32,000 nucleotides of DNA from Candidatus Saccharimonadota bacterium (lineage in GTDB: Archaea; Nanobdellota; Nanobdellia; Pacearchaeales; GW2011-AR1), in the NCBI GenBank assembly GCA_017609205.1, contig JAFCEL010000001.1, positions 360,001 through 392,000 on the forward strand. Direction: 5' to 3'. The position numbers and the translations under genes are program-made. The notes below the pieces were generated by a model, which saw only the letters and a list, made by a program, of their open reading frames with translations, made no database searches and was not told where the DNA came from. Positions 15,522-23,160 of this stretch are shown here, in pieces. Within the stretch, counting starts at the first letter, position 1. The number at the start of each line of letters is the position of its first letter.

Positions 15522-17422
15522 TCACCATACTTATCCAAATATTCTTTAATTCTTTCATTTGCATTAGGAAATTTAACGGGCAGAGGGATATTCGTTAGTC
15601 CTGTAGCATCATAGCTAAACAGCATCCATTGTCCTTTTGTAAATGTTAGAGTTCTCTGTATCATCTCTTTAGATGCTCCGAAAGCTTTACCAATAGTGTC
15701 CCTATCATACTCTCTTGGTAATTTTGATAACAAGAAAGTATGAGGTTGAGCCAGTATAGACGTATCAAGATAGGCTACTCTTTGTGTTGCTAATGCAAGA
15801 CCTAGACCAAACTTTCTACCTCTTCTCGCAAGTAAAGTGCTCGCACTTCTTGATCGTTGGTAACTTTCGCCTCCTGATTGTGGTATGAATTCATCAGCTT
15901 CATCGTAAAGGAAGAGCACATGCGGATCAATTTCTCCACTTGTTCTTCTCCTTCTGAATGCATAGTTTACCATATGACTTGAAAAATCTCTCAAGTCATC
16001 GTCACGATTGCTCTGAACAATTATAAGTGCAGGTTTTGACTTATCGGTAAACGTTCGGTAGATTTGATCCATAGAAAGTATGGCCTTCTCAGGCAATGGT
16101 TCTTCTTTTGTTGCACTGAGATATCCTCGTACTACCTCTTGCATCCCGGAAAGTATTATTCTCCCTGTATCATTGAGTCTTACTGTCCGTTCAGTTGGTG
16201 CTCTGGGAGCAGTTCCCATTAAACTTTGCTGAACAGATTCTCCTCCTTCTTGTCTGGTATAGTCTACCAAGGCATTGTCTTGAAGTGCCTGGCCTATATC
16301 GGCATCTAATGCTTGAAGTTGTTGCTCAGAAACAGGATCAACACCTGAACCTCGCAGGTGTTCATCAATCATTCTACGAATATGAAACTCATTATTCCTT
16401 GAACCACTTTGTATTCTTTCACTGAGTTCACTCCTAAGATCACTAATTGTAGGGTTTGTAGAACCTGTACTGAATATTCTTATTTTATTTGCTTTCAGGA
16501 TTTCTTTGAAAAGTGGCAAATACTTGTCTTGATAAGGAATTAACTCTTTAGGTAGGAGGAGGGTTCTGACAATTGATTCAGCAGCTTCGTTTAACTTGGA
16601 TTCATCACCACGTATATAATCCTCTACTGCTTGTGAACCTGGCAAAGAGTCTTCTGTTACACATAAGATATATGCTTCATCAATCTTATGAATCAAATCA
16701 ATTAATAAGCCACTATACTCAGTCATAAGATCAAAGAGTACAACCTTATTTTCTTTAGCAACTGAAATAAGGTTACTTATAAGATTACTTAGCAGATTAG
16801 ATTTACCAGCTCCTGTGAAACCAAAGACTCCAAAGTGAGTTCTCAGTAAATCTTCTGTGCTTAGTTTGACACCAACTTTATCATTCAATATCAAAGTACA
16901 AGGTTCAATAGTCGGAACTTTTTCAGAGAGCAGCCCTTTATTAACAATTTGGTTTATTTGTTCATCTGTAAGTAAATGGGCGTCTTCACCTATCATAGGA
17001 AGACTCTCATCAACGTCAATAGATGCTTTATTATCTTGAGTAATAGTTAGTTGCAATCCTGTTGATATCGCTTCTGCCTTAATTTTAGTTGTTTGTTCAA
17101 TAGGTTCTTCTTGTTCCCAATCGACTTTAGCATTCTTTGCTGCTTCTATTACAAATCCTGGAAAGGCTCTTTCAGTGTCTCTTGATGAAACTCCGAGAGC
17201 ATAATGTTTAGGGAACACTGAAACAAGTTCAAGAATGCTGAAAGTGTTGTCCCCATTAACTCCACTATAATTTCTTACAGCGACAAAACTCCCTACTTTG
17301 ATTTCGCCGACAAACATTTTTGTATATGGAAACCATACAGCATAACTTAACTCCGCAGTACTTTCTGTGTCCATTGACACAACGACTCCTTTTGGACTAT
17401 CTTTAAAGTATTTCATTTTCAT
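15515..17422 (-). CDS. HerA/DUF87-like hexameric ATPase
   Basis: N-terminal barrel-like region (GEIKVGSFVAVRN), Walker A HFGVFGFTGAGKSNLL, Walker B VLFLYDEADEFIP. The 3' end overlaps the dcm 3' end by 7 nt. Confidence 0.7.
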   Translation of the reverse strand: MKMKYFKDSPKGVVVSMDTESTAELSYAVWFPYTKMFVGEIKVGSFVAVRNYSGVNGDNTFSILELVSVFPKHYALGVSSRDTERAFPGFVIEAAKNAKVDWEQEEPIEQTTKIKAEAISTGLQLTITQDNKASIDVDESLPMIGEDAHLLTDEQINQIVNKGLLSEKVPTIEPCTLILNDKVGVKLSTEDLLRTHFGVFGFTGAGKSNLLSNLISNLISVAKENKVVLFDLMTEYSGLLIDLIHKIDEAYILCVTEDSLPGSQAVEDYIRGDESKLNEAAESIVRTLLLPKELIPYQDKYLPLFKEILKANKIRIFSTGSTNPTISDLRSELSERIQSGSRNNEFHIRRMIDEHLRGSGVDPVSEQQLQALDADIGQALQDNALVDYTRQEGGESVQQSLMGTAPRAPTERTVRLNDTGRIILSGMQEVVRGYLSATKEEPLPEKAILSMDQIYRTFTDKSKPALIIVQSNRDDDLRDFSSHMVNYAFRRRRTSGEIDPHVLFLYDEADEFIPQSGGESYQRSRSASTLLARRGRKFGLGLALATQRVAYLDTSILAQPHTFLLSKLPREYDRDTIGKAFGASKEMIQRTLTFTKGQWMLFSYDATGLTNIPLPVKFPNANERIKEYLDKYGDQ

Positions 17423-17428
17423 ACCCTC

Positions 17429-19243
17429 CTATCGGAAACTATCACGTATTTCCCTGAATGTTTTTGACAACGGTCTTGATTTGAATGCCCATTCGCTTGA
17501 CTGTAATAAACCAATTACTCTTCTTTTAAGAGATTTTGCACCCCAGTCAGCTTGATGAAGTGGATCAGGGTATCCTAATGCTTCGGGGAAGTGATTACGA
17601 ACCAAAACAGCTAAAAGATACATTGTGAGTGTTTGCAGACGAGGTGTTCCAGTTGTTTCATCATATAGTAATGGTTGTATCTCACCGAACCAATCTGTCT
17701 TTATTTTAAAGTTTGCTGAATCCTTATCATCCCATCCAGGATATGCTAATCTATCTATAAAAAGTGCATGTGAAGAAATATTTCTATCTGGAGATAAGAA
17801 GAATTGAGCAAGTGATCTTAAAAATATACGTTCTGGCCTAGTGACTTCTCCTCTACTTGTATCGTAACCCTTACTTTTCCAAGTTTTAGATTTTTCATCA
17901 TATTCGCTGTGCATTGTCATAAAGCATGAATCAAAATCGTAGGTGCACCAAGGAGTATTAAGATTCAAATCTATATTTGGAAGAAGTTCGGCAATTGCTC
18001 TATCTGTAAGAGGTAATGAGAAATGTTTTATTTGATCGCCCCCTCTTACTTGATTTATTGAGCCTAAGAAGTTTCTATAAAAGAAGCGAGACATAGAATC
18101 TTTTACAATACCTATCAAAAGTATCTTTCTTTCCCAACATCTCTCGACCAAGGCTCTTAATCCAATGCCCGCGAGAAACATGATATCTCTAGGGGAAAAA
18201 TATTCTAATTCATCCGAATCACGTAACTTGTAACATACTCCGTGAGGGTCTTTCTTTTTGAATAAATTTTCGCAGATACTCTCAAATATTCTTTGTGACT
18301 TCTTCCACGAAGTCCTTGGGTCTACTGTGAACTCGAATGTTTCCGTTGAAGGATCATATTTCCCTGCTTTTTTGTCTTGTAAGAACTTTGCACCAGCCTT
18401 GAAATTTTCTAATGGGAATTTAGGGCAGTCTTTTGCAGAGATCTTCCTTCTCTGTTTCCATGTTGCTTCAGCAATTAATCTGAAGTGTGGCTGGAATTTT
18501 TTAGTTGATGGGATATCTAAAATTTCATTAAATGGATGTGCAAGAGAAACTTCCATGTCGGCTTCTGTTAAAAACTCACCTTGAAAATCTCCTCTACCTA
18601 GAGTTAGTGATGACGAACTGAAACTGGTATTTCCCATAACACCGCCTATACTGTTATCAATTAGAAGAACACGGGGGCATTCAACTGCGGAAGATTTTGC
18701 TAAATCATAAGCTAAATATATCTCTGCTAATTGCATTATTTTTGTGTGTAAAGATGAAACTTGAGCTATTTCAGAATCTGATCTAAATATTGGAGTTTCG
18801 TTTGCTTCGTCTTGTTCTGTAACGCCATGCATTACGTCTGGTGGGATTGGAACAAATGCAACCATTGATACATCTCTGTTGAGTTCCCATCTTTGGTATC
18901 TTATTTTTCCTCCTGGCTCTGAAAAGGAGATCGTTCCTTTAGAACCATAAGCTCCTCCGTAAAAAGAAATGAAGTTTGCCGATTCTTCTTTGTGACAACT
19001 TGCATCTATGGCTACAAAAGATATCTCGGACGTTTCAAAGAAATTCTCTGCCAAACGCTTAATTTCAAGTCTTTTAATTTGATCCTTGAAATCATCTGAG
19101 TATGATCTCACAAAGTGTTTAATTAATTCATCATACCTTTTCCTAAGTGATTTAGAGTGAAATTTAAGACGAGTCTCATACTCAGCTTGTGAACTTTCGA
19201 GACTTTTCCGGTATTGGTCATATACTTTTGAAATCTCTGACAT
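17429..19243 (-). CDS. NurA-like nuclease (large, 604 aa)
   Basis: Ordered motifs FVAIDAS, VLLIDNSIGG and LIGIVKDSMSR resemble the NurA series (xDGS, xDGSL, GxSKxS). It sits 6 nt upstream of the HerA-like gene. Confidence 0.5.
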   Translation of the reverse strand: MSEISKVYDQYRKSLESSQAEYETRLKFHSKSLRKRYDELIKHFVRSYSDDFKDQIKRLEIKRLAENFFETSEISFVAIDASCHKEESANFISFYGGAYGSKGTISFSEPGGKIRYQRWELNRDVSMVAFVPIPPDVMHGVTEQDEANETPIFRSDSEIAQVSSLHTKIMQLAEIYLAYDLAKSSAVECPRVLLIDNSIGGVMGNTSFSSSSLTLGRGDFQGEFLTEADMEVSLAHPFNEILDIPSTKKFQPHFRLIAEATWKQRRKISAKDCPKFPLENFKAGAKFLQDKKAGKYDPSTETFEFTVDPRTSWKKSQRIFESICENLFKKKDPHGVCYKLRDSDELEYFSPRDIMFLAGIGLRALVERCWERKILLIGIVKDSMSRFFYRNFLGSINQVRGGDQIKHFSLPLTDRAIAELLPNIDLNLNTPWCTYDFDSCFMTMHSEYDEKSKTWKSKGYDTSRGEVTRPERIFLRSLAQFFLSPDRNISSHALFIDRLAYPGWDDKDSANFKIKTDWFGEIQPLLYDETTGTPRLQTLTMYLLAVLVRNHFPEALGYPDPLHQADWGAKSLKRRVIGLLQSSEWAFKSRPLSKTFREIRDSFR

Positions 19244-19412
19244 CTTTAACCTCGCCCTCGGTTTTTATCTGATTTTTATTTAATTCCTCAACCATAAAAT
19301 TTTCAAACTGCTTTGACAGAATAATGCCTTTTTGCTCGCAGTATTTCCTGTATTCTTCGTAAACTTTTTCTTCCACACTAAGCGAAACAGTCTTTTTTGC
19401 CATATTCATCAA
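19218..19412 (-). CDS. Ribbon-helix-helix (CopG/Arc-like) small DNA-binding protein
   Basis: KKTVSLSVEEKVYEEYRKYCEQKGIILSKQFENFMVEEL has a beta-strand plus two-helix pattern. First gene of the RHH-NurA-HerA operon, overlapping the NurA-like start. Confidence 0.5.
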   Translation of the reverse strand: MMNMAKKTVSLSVEEKVYEEYRKYCEQKGIILSKQFENFMVEELNKNQIKTEGEVKDVRDFKSI

Positions 19413-19604
19413 CCCATTTATGTATATATAAGCTTAAATGTAATTCTTTATAAATTTAACGACTTTGTTCCTTAAATTTCTCACCCACACTTTGCTCCCG
19501 CCAGTTCTTTTTCAGAAAAAGAACCAAAAACAAAAGCCCCTGCCCTGTCCTTCGGACATATTGCCTGCCTTCGGCAGTAATTTATATCAATTAAGAAAAA
19601 ACTA

Positions 19605-19668
19605 CGGCAACAAAAAATTTTCGGCGCCCTCGCGACTTTGATTTTTTCGGCTTCGCCGAACGTTGCAC
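19605..19668 (+). repeat. Possible short attC-like site (weak)
   Basis: CGGCAAC ... TTCGGCG / CGCCGAA ... G|TTGCAC. GCAAC/GTTGC would pair, and it partly matches the TTGCTT cassette start at 14178. Confidence 0.3.
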
Positions 19669-19699
19669 TAAAAATCAATCCTTCCCTTCGGTCAGGAGA

Positions 19700-19826
19700 A
19701 ACTAACAGCGATTTAACGGTTCCGCTCCGTTGCACTCGCTCACCCATATTTTTTCCTACGGAAAAAACACTCGAGGTCACTTCGTTCCACTCGAGCCCTT
19801 CGGGTCGCTTAATGCGGATGTTAAGT
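19700..19826 (+). repeat. attC-like site 5
   Basis: R'' AACTAAC, AG spacer, CGATTTAACGG. Internal hairpins TTTTTTCC-TAC-GGAAAAAA and CTCGAG..CTCGAG. G|TTAAGT at 19820. The L arms are poorly complementary (mosaic). Confidence 0.5.
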
Positions 19827-20534
19827 TCAATTTGCCCCAGAGTCCTTAGGAAGTTGCGGTAATGCTTTAACATATCGTGATACAACATCACAAAAAGAAT
19901 TCTCATCACTTGAAGAATTAATACGATGGAAATGAATTTTAGGATCTTGAGTTATGCCAAAAACTTCATATTTTCTTTCTCCCGTGGGAGGAAAACCAAA
20001 AACTTGTAAAGGAATTCCTCTATATTTGGAATAAGCAAAACTTAGTGGACATTCATACCCTGATTGAACTAAAAGATCCTTAATTGGTTTCGCTGATACT
20101 GGAACTCTGTAGGGAATTATGTTGATATTCTCCCAAGCATGTGCAATATCTTTTCCTAATTCACCTGAAGTATTATGATTCAAATCGAATTCCAATAAGT
20201 ATACTAAATCTCTATTCACAGGATCAAGTTCCCGTGGAGATATTTTTCTTACACTATGATTTGGACCTTCTGATAAAAAATCAGGCACATGATAATCAGG
20301 AACTGCAATGATCCCATATCTTCCAGCAACATCTCCAGTAGTTTGAGGAAACTCTATTGCAATAATTCCTTCTTTTAATGGAATTTGACCAAAAAATGGA
20401 ACACTAACCATTGTTTGTATTATTGAAGTAGGAGTCATCAATTTATCCATAATCATCTTATCTGAATATGCAAAAAAATATCTTTGGTATTTTGGACCGC
20501 TTCTTTTGGTTCTACTTTTCTTCTTCTTTGGCAT
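19827..20534 (-). CDS. Hypothetical protein (start moved to MPKKKK)
   Basis: The first 25 codons of the track ORF lie in the repeat. ATG 20534 has a TATA box 20 nt upstream. No family recognised. Confidence 0.5.
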   Translation of the reverse strand: MPKKKKSRTKRSGPKYQRYFFAYSDKMIMDKLMTPTSIIQTMVSVPFFGQIPLKEGIIAIEFPQTTGDVAGRYGIIAVPDYHVPDFLSEGPNHSVRKISPRELDPVNRDLVYLLEFDLNHNTSGELGKDIAHAWENINIIPYRVPVSAKPIKDLLVQSGYECPLSFAYSKYRGIPLQVFGFPPTGERKYEVFGITQDPKIHFHRINSSSDENSFCDVVSRYVKALPQLPKDSGAN

Positions 20535-20554
20535 AAATGATGGGAATTCTACAA

Positions 20555-20564
20555 TATTTAAAAA
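20555..20564 (-). promoter_or_regulatory. TATA-box-like element for the reversed ORF
   Basis: The minus strand reads TTTTTAAATA, 20 nt before ATG 20534. Confidence 0.4.
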
Positions 20565-20625
20565 TGTACGGACTCTGGGGCAAACTCTGCGGACGCAGTT
20601 TTCCCACACTGCGTATGGGAAAAGA

Positions 20626-20745
20626 ACTTAACAGGGCTTAAAGGGTTCGAAACGACCGGCTTCGCCTATTTTGCCAAGCAAAATTCGTTTCTCTCCCAAA
20701 TTTTTTGTCTGCGACAAAAAACTTCCCTTAAGCCCGATGTTAAGT
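20626..20745 (+). repeat. attC-like site 6
   Basis: R'' ACTTAAC is the reverse complement of the GTTAAGT junction at 19820. L'' GGGCTTAAAGGG pairs with L' CCCTTAAGCCC (one bulged base). G|TTAAGT at 20739. Confidence 0.6.
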
Positions 20746-20805
20746 TCAATTGAGTTCTCGCTTAATATTAAGAAACGGGAAGGGGGCTTAGTCCCTGCGG
20801 GACAG

Positions 20806-20935
20806 ATAGTTTCGGCTTCGCCTCGCAGAAAAATTTCTCTTAACCGACCAACAAAAAAAGAAAACCAAATTTTCTTTCAGAAAATTCTGTCTAACATTGG
20901 TTAAGAAGTTCGCTTTCGCTCTCCCAAATTTTTCT
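20806..20935 (+). repeat. Degenerate right-half plus left-half attC-like modules
   Basis: TTTCGGCTTCGCCTC..CTCTTAACCGA (right-half-like, no GTT), then an A-rich 45 nt, then GTCTAAC-AT-TGGTTAAGAAG-TTCGCTTTCGCTCTCCCAAATTT (left-half-like). Homologous to 23040-23140. Confidence 0.4.
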
Positions 20936-20964
20936 AAGAGTTTGAGGCTGAAAAAAAGAAGTAT

Positions 20965-20973
20965 TTTTAAATA
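20965..20973 (+). promoter_or_regulatory. TATA-box-like element
   Basis: TTTTAAATA ends 22 nt before ATG 20996. Confidence 0.45.
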
Positions 20974-20995
20974 TTAGAACATATTTATATTTATT

Positions 20996-21907
20996 ATGGC
21001 GTTGTTCAAAATAAATAATTCAAAAGTTGAAAAGTTATCAATTACTGCAATTAGTAAAGAAAAAGACATTCAAAAATTATTTGAAGATAATTTATTGACT
21101 ATTCTTAATGTTGATTTCTTAGCTAGTGAATATAGTACAAGCTTTGGAGGAAGAATAGATACGCTTGGAATTGATAAAAATGGTTCTCCTGTTATTATTG
21201 AATATAAAAGAAACCAAAACGATAATGTAATCAACCAAGGATTATCATATCTAAGATGGCTTTTAGACCATAAAGCTGATTTTGAAATTTTATGTAGAAA
21301 TAGAAACATTAACATTGAGATTGATTGGAGTTCTCCAAGAGTTATATGCGTTGCAGAAAGCTATAATAAATTTGATTTAGATACAGTAGAAATCTTGCCA
21401 ATTAAAATTGAACTTTTGAAATATAGAATATATGAGAATAATATTTTATTGGTTGATTCAGAAACTCAAAGAGCTGTTAGAATTAGTACCTCTAAAATAT
21501 ATCAAAAAGGAAAGAAAGATAAAGAAACAATAAGATTACAAAAAGAATACACAATAGATATGCACCTAAAAATTGCCTCAAAACAAATAAAAGAATTATT
21601 TATGCGTTTAAAAGAAATGATTTCAGGTCTTGACGAGGCAATTATTGAAGAAGCAAAAGCAAAGTATATCGCTTATAAACTAACTACCAATTTTGTAGAT
21701 ATTGTAATCCAAAAGAATTCCATAAAAGCTTTCTTGAATGTTCCAAGTGGCAAATTAAATGACCCTTACGGCATTGCAAGGGACTTAACAAAACCAAAAC
21801 CTATCGGACATTGGGGTAACGGGGATTATGAAGTTATTGTAAAAAATGAAGATGAATTAAATAAATTATTTGAACTGATTAAACAATCTTATAATTATAA
21901 TAAATAA
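20996..21907 (+). CDS. PD-(D/E)xK nuclease-fold protein (DUF91/NucS-like N-terminus, DUF5655-like C-terminus)
   Basis: EKDIQKLFEDNL...GGRIDTLGIDKNGSPVIIEYKRN..VINQGLSYL gives a D...ExK layout. The C-terminal KYIAYK...FLNV region resembles DUF5655 as I recall it. Confidence 0.5.
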   Translation: MALFKINNSKVEKLSITAISKEKDIQKLFEDNLLTILNVDFLASEYSTSFGGRIDTLGIDKNGSPVIIEYKRNQNDNVINQGLSYLRWLLDHKADFEILCRNRNINIEIDWSSPRVICVAESYNKFDLDTVEILPIKIELLKYRIYENNILLVDSETQRAVRISTSKIYQKGKKDKETIRLQKEYTIDMHLKIASKQIKELFMRLKEMISGLDEAIIEEAKAKYIAYKLTTNFVDIVIQKNSIKAFLNVPSGKLNDPYGIARDLTKPKPIGHWGNGDYEVIVKNEDELNKLFELIKQSYNYNK

Positions 21908-21916
21908 GGTGTAAAG

Positions 21917-22678
21917 ATGTGTCGCCTCATAAAAAAATCATTGTTGCCTCTTGTTCTAATTATTTTCTTAATATCTTTTATAGTATTGTCTTTTAACTAT
22001 TCTACATTTCTAAATAAGAGTACTACATTTTTAAATAAGAATAATGGTGTTTTAATGATTATTTTTACAGGAGTTGTAGCTTTTGCAACAGTAGTTTATG
22101 CTCTTTTGACTTGGAAGTTGGTTAATGAAACAAAAGAGATGAGAAAAGCCCAAACAGAGCCAAATATATCCGTAACTATTGAACCCAGAGAAGAGTGGAT
22201 AAACTTTATTGATATGAAAATAATAAATATTGGCTCTGGTCCTGCTTATGATATTAAATTCAAAGTTGAACCTGATTTTGAATATTTTAAAGATAAGTTT
22301 TTATCTAAAATAAAAATAATGCAGGGAATAAAATATTTAGCACCAAATCAAAAAATACAATTTTTCTTAACAAGTTTAACTGAAAATTTTGAAGAGAAAA
22401 TTAAAAAACCATTTAAAATAAATGTAGCATATAAAAATAAAGTAGGAGATATATTTAGAGAAACTTTCATCATAGATTTCTCGCAATTTGAAGGAATGTC
22501 TCAATTAGGTGAGCCACCATTGTATAAAATTGCTAAAAGTTTAGATTCATTACAAAAAGATGTGGGACACTTATCTTCTGGATTTCACAGGCTTAAAACA
22601 ATTGTTTATACAAAAAAAGATATTGATCAAGAACATAAAAACTTAATGAAAAAGATAAATAAAAAAACAAAAAAATAA
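21917..22678 (+). CDS. Hypothetical two-TM membrane protein
   Basis: Two hydrophobic segments (LLPLVLIIFLISFIVL, VLMIIFTGVVAFATVVYALL). Starts 9 nt after the nuclease gene. Confidence 0.55.
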   Translation: MCRLIKKSLLPLVLIIFLISFIVLSFNYSTFLNKSTTFLNKNNGVLMIIFTGVVAFATVVYALLTWKLVNETKEMRKAQTEPNISVTIEPREEWINFIDMKIINIGSGPAYDIKFKVEPDFEYFKDKFLSKIKIMQGIKYLAPNQKIQFFLTSLTENFEEKIKKPFKINVAYKNKVGDIFRETFIIDFSQFEGMSQLGEPPLYKIAKSLDSLQKDVGHLSSGFHRLKTIVYTKKDIDQEHKNLMKKINKKTKK

Positions 22679-22842
22679 CAGCCCCCAACTCTAATTTTTA
22701 AAAGATACAACGGCACTCTCTCTTATTAATATATTTTCTGACGGCTTCCCGCCGTCCCAGAGTTCGTTTTAACTTCTCCGTTCGCTACGCTCACTCCGAC
22801 CACGCCTTGCAGGCTCTCACTCCATTTCATTCCGTTCGGGAC

Positions 22843-22929
22843 GCCTAACAGCCGTTAAAAGAGAAATTCCTGCGAAATTTCTCCAAATTTTTCCCTTCGG
22901 GAAAAACTTCTTTTAACGGCATATTAGTT
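22843..22929 (+). repeat. attC-like site 7
   Basis: R'' GCCTAAC (the classical inverse-core sequence). L'' GCCGTTAAAAG is perfectly complementary to L' CTTTTAACGGC. TTTCCC-TTCG-GGAAA hairpin. Junction A|TTAGTT at 22923. Confidence 0.55.
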
Positions 22930-23039
22930 TCAATTGCAAATTCTCTAAATTGTTGAGTTGAAAAATAGGAGAGGACACTTTAAAACCCCCGACCACCCGC
23001 CCCTAAATTGAGAGGGGTTGCTTATTAAAAAGAAAAATC

Positions 23040-23140
23040 CTTCGCTTAACCTCAACAAAACAAAAAAGAAAAAATAAAATTGCTTCGCAACTTTATCTAA
23101 CATTGGTTAAGCGGTTTCGCTTTGCTACACCCAAAGATTT
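23040..23140 (+). repeat. Degenerate right-half plus left-half attC-like modules (paralog of 20806-20935)
   Basis: CGCTTAACC (23043-23051), then an A-rich stretch, then ATCTAAC-AT-TGGTTAAGCG (GGTTAAGCG is the reverse complement of CGCTTAACC). Confidence 0.4.
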
Positions 23141-23160
23141 TTCTAACGGGCGGCTTTTAT

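Noticed and set aside
15515-19243. Ordinary housekeeping herA-nurA double-strand-break resection operon
   Set aside because: There is no mre11 or rad50 nearby. Both proteins are larger than and diverged from the canonical pair. They sit inside a repeat-bounded accessory cassette with a methyltransferase and two small regulators. I cannot exclude the repair role without seeing the whole genome.
20641-20662. GGTTCGAAACG inside site 6 as a tRNA T-loop or tRNA-derived SINE
   Set aside because: No acceptor, D or anticodon arms can be drawn around it. The same position in the paralogous sites reads GGTTCGCTTGTTGC, so the T-loop resemblance is fortuitous.
19481-20904. Track ORFs 19481..19909(-), 19638..19862(+) and 20671..20904(+), plus the first 25 codons of 19827..20609(-)
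   Set aside because: Same reason: these are translations of attC-like or hairpin repeat DNA. The real reversed gene most likely starts at ATG 20534, behind its own TATA box.
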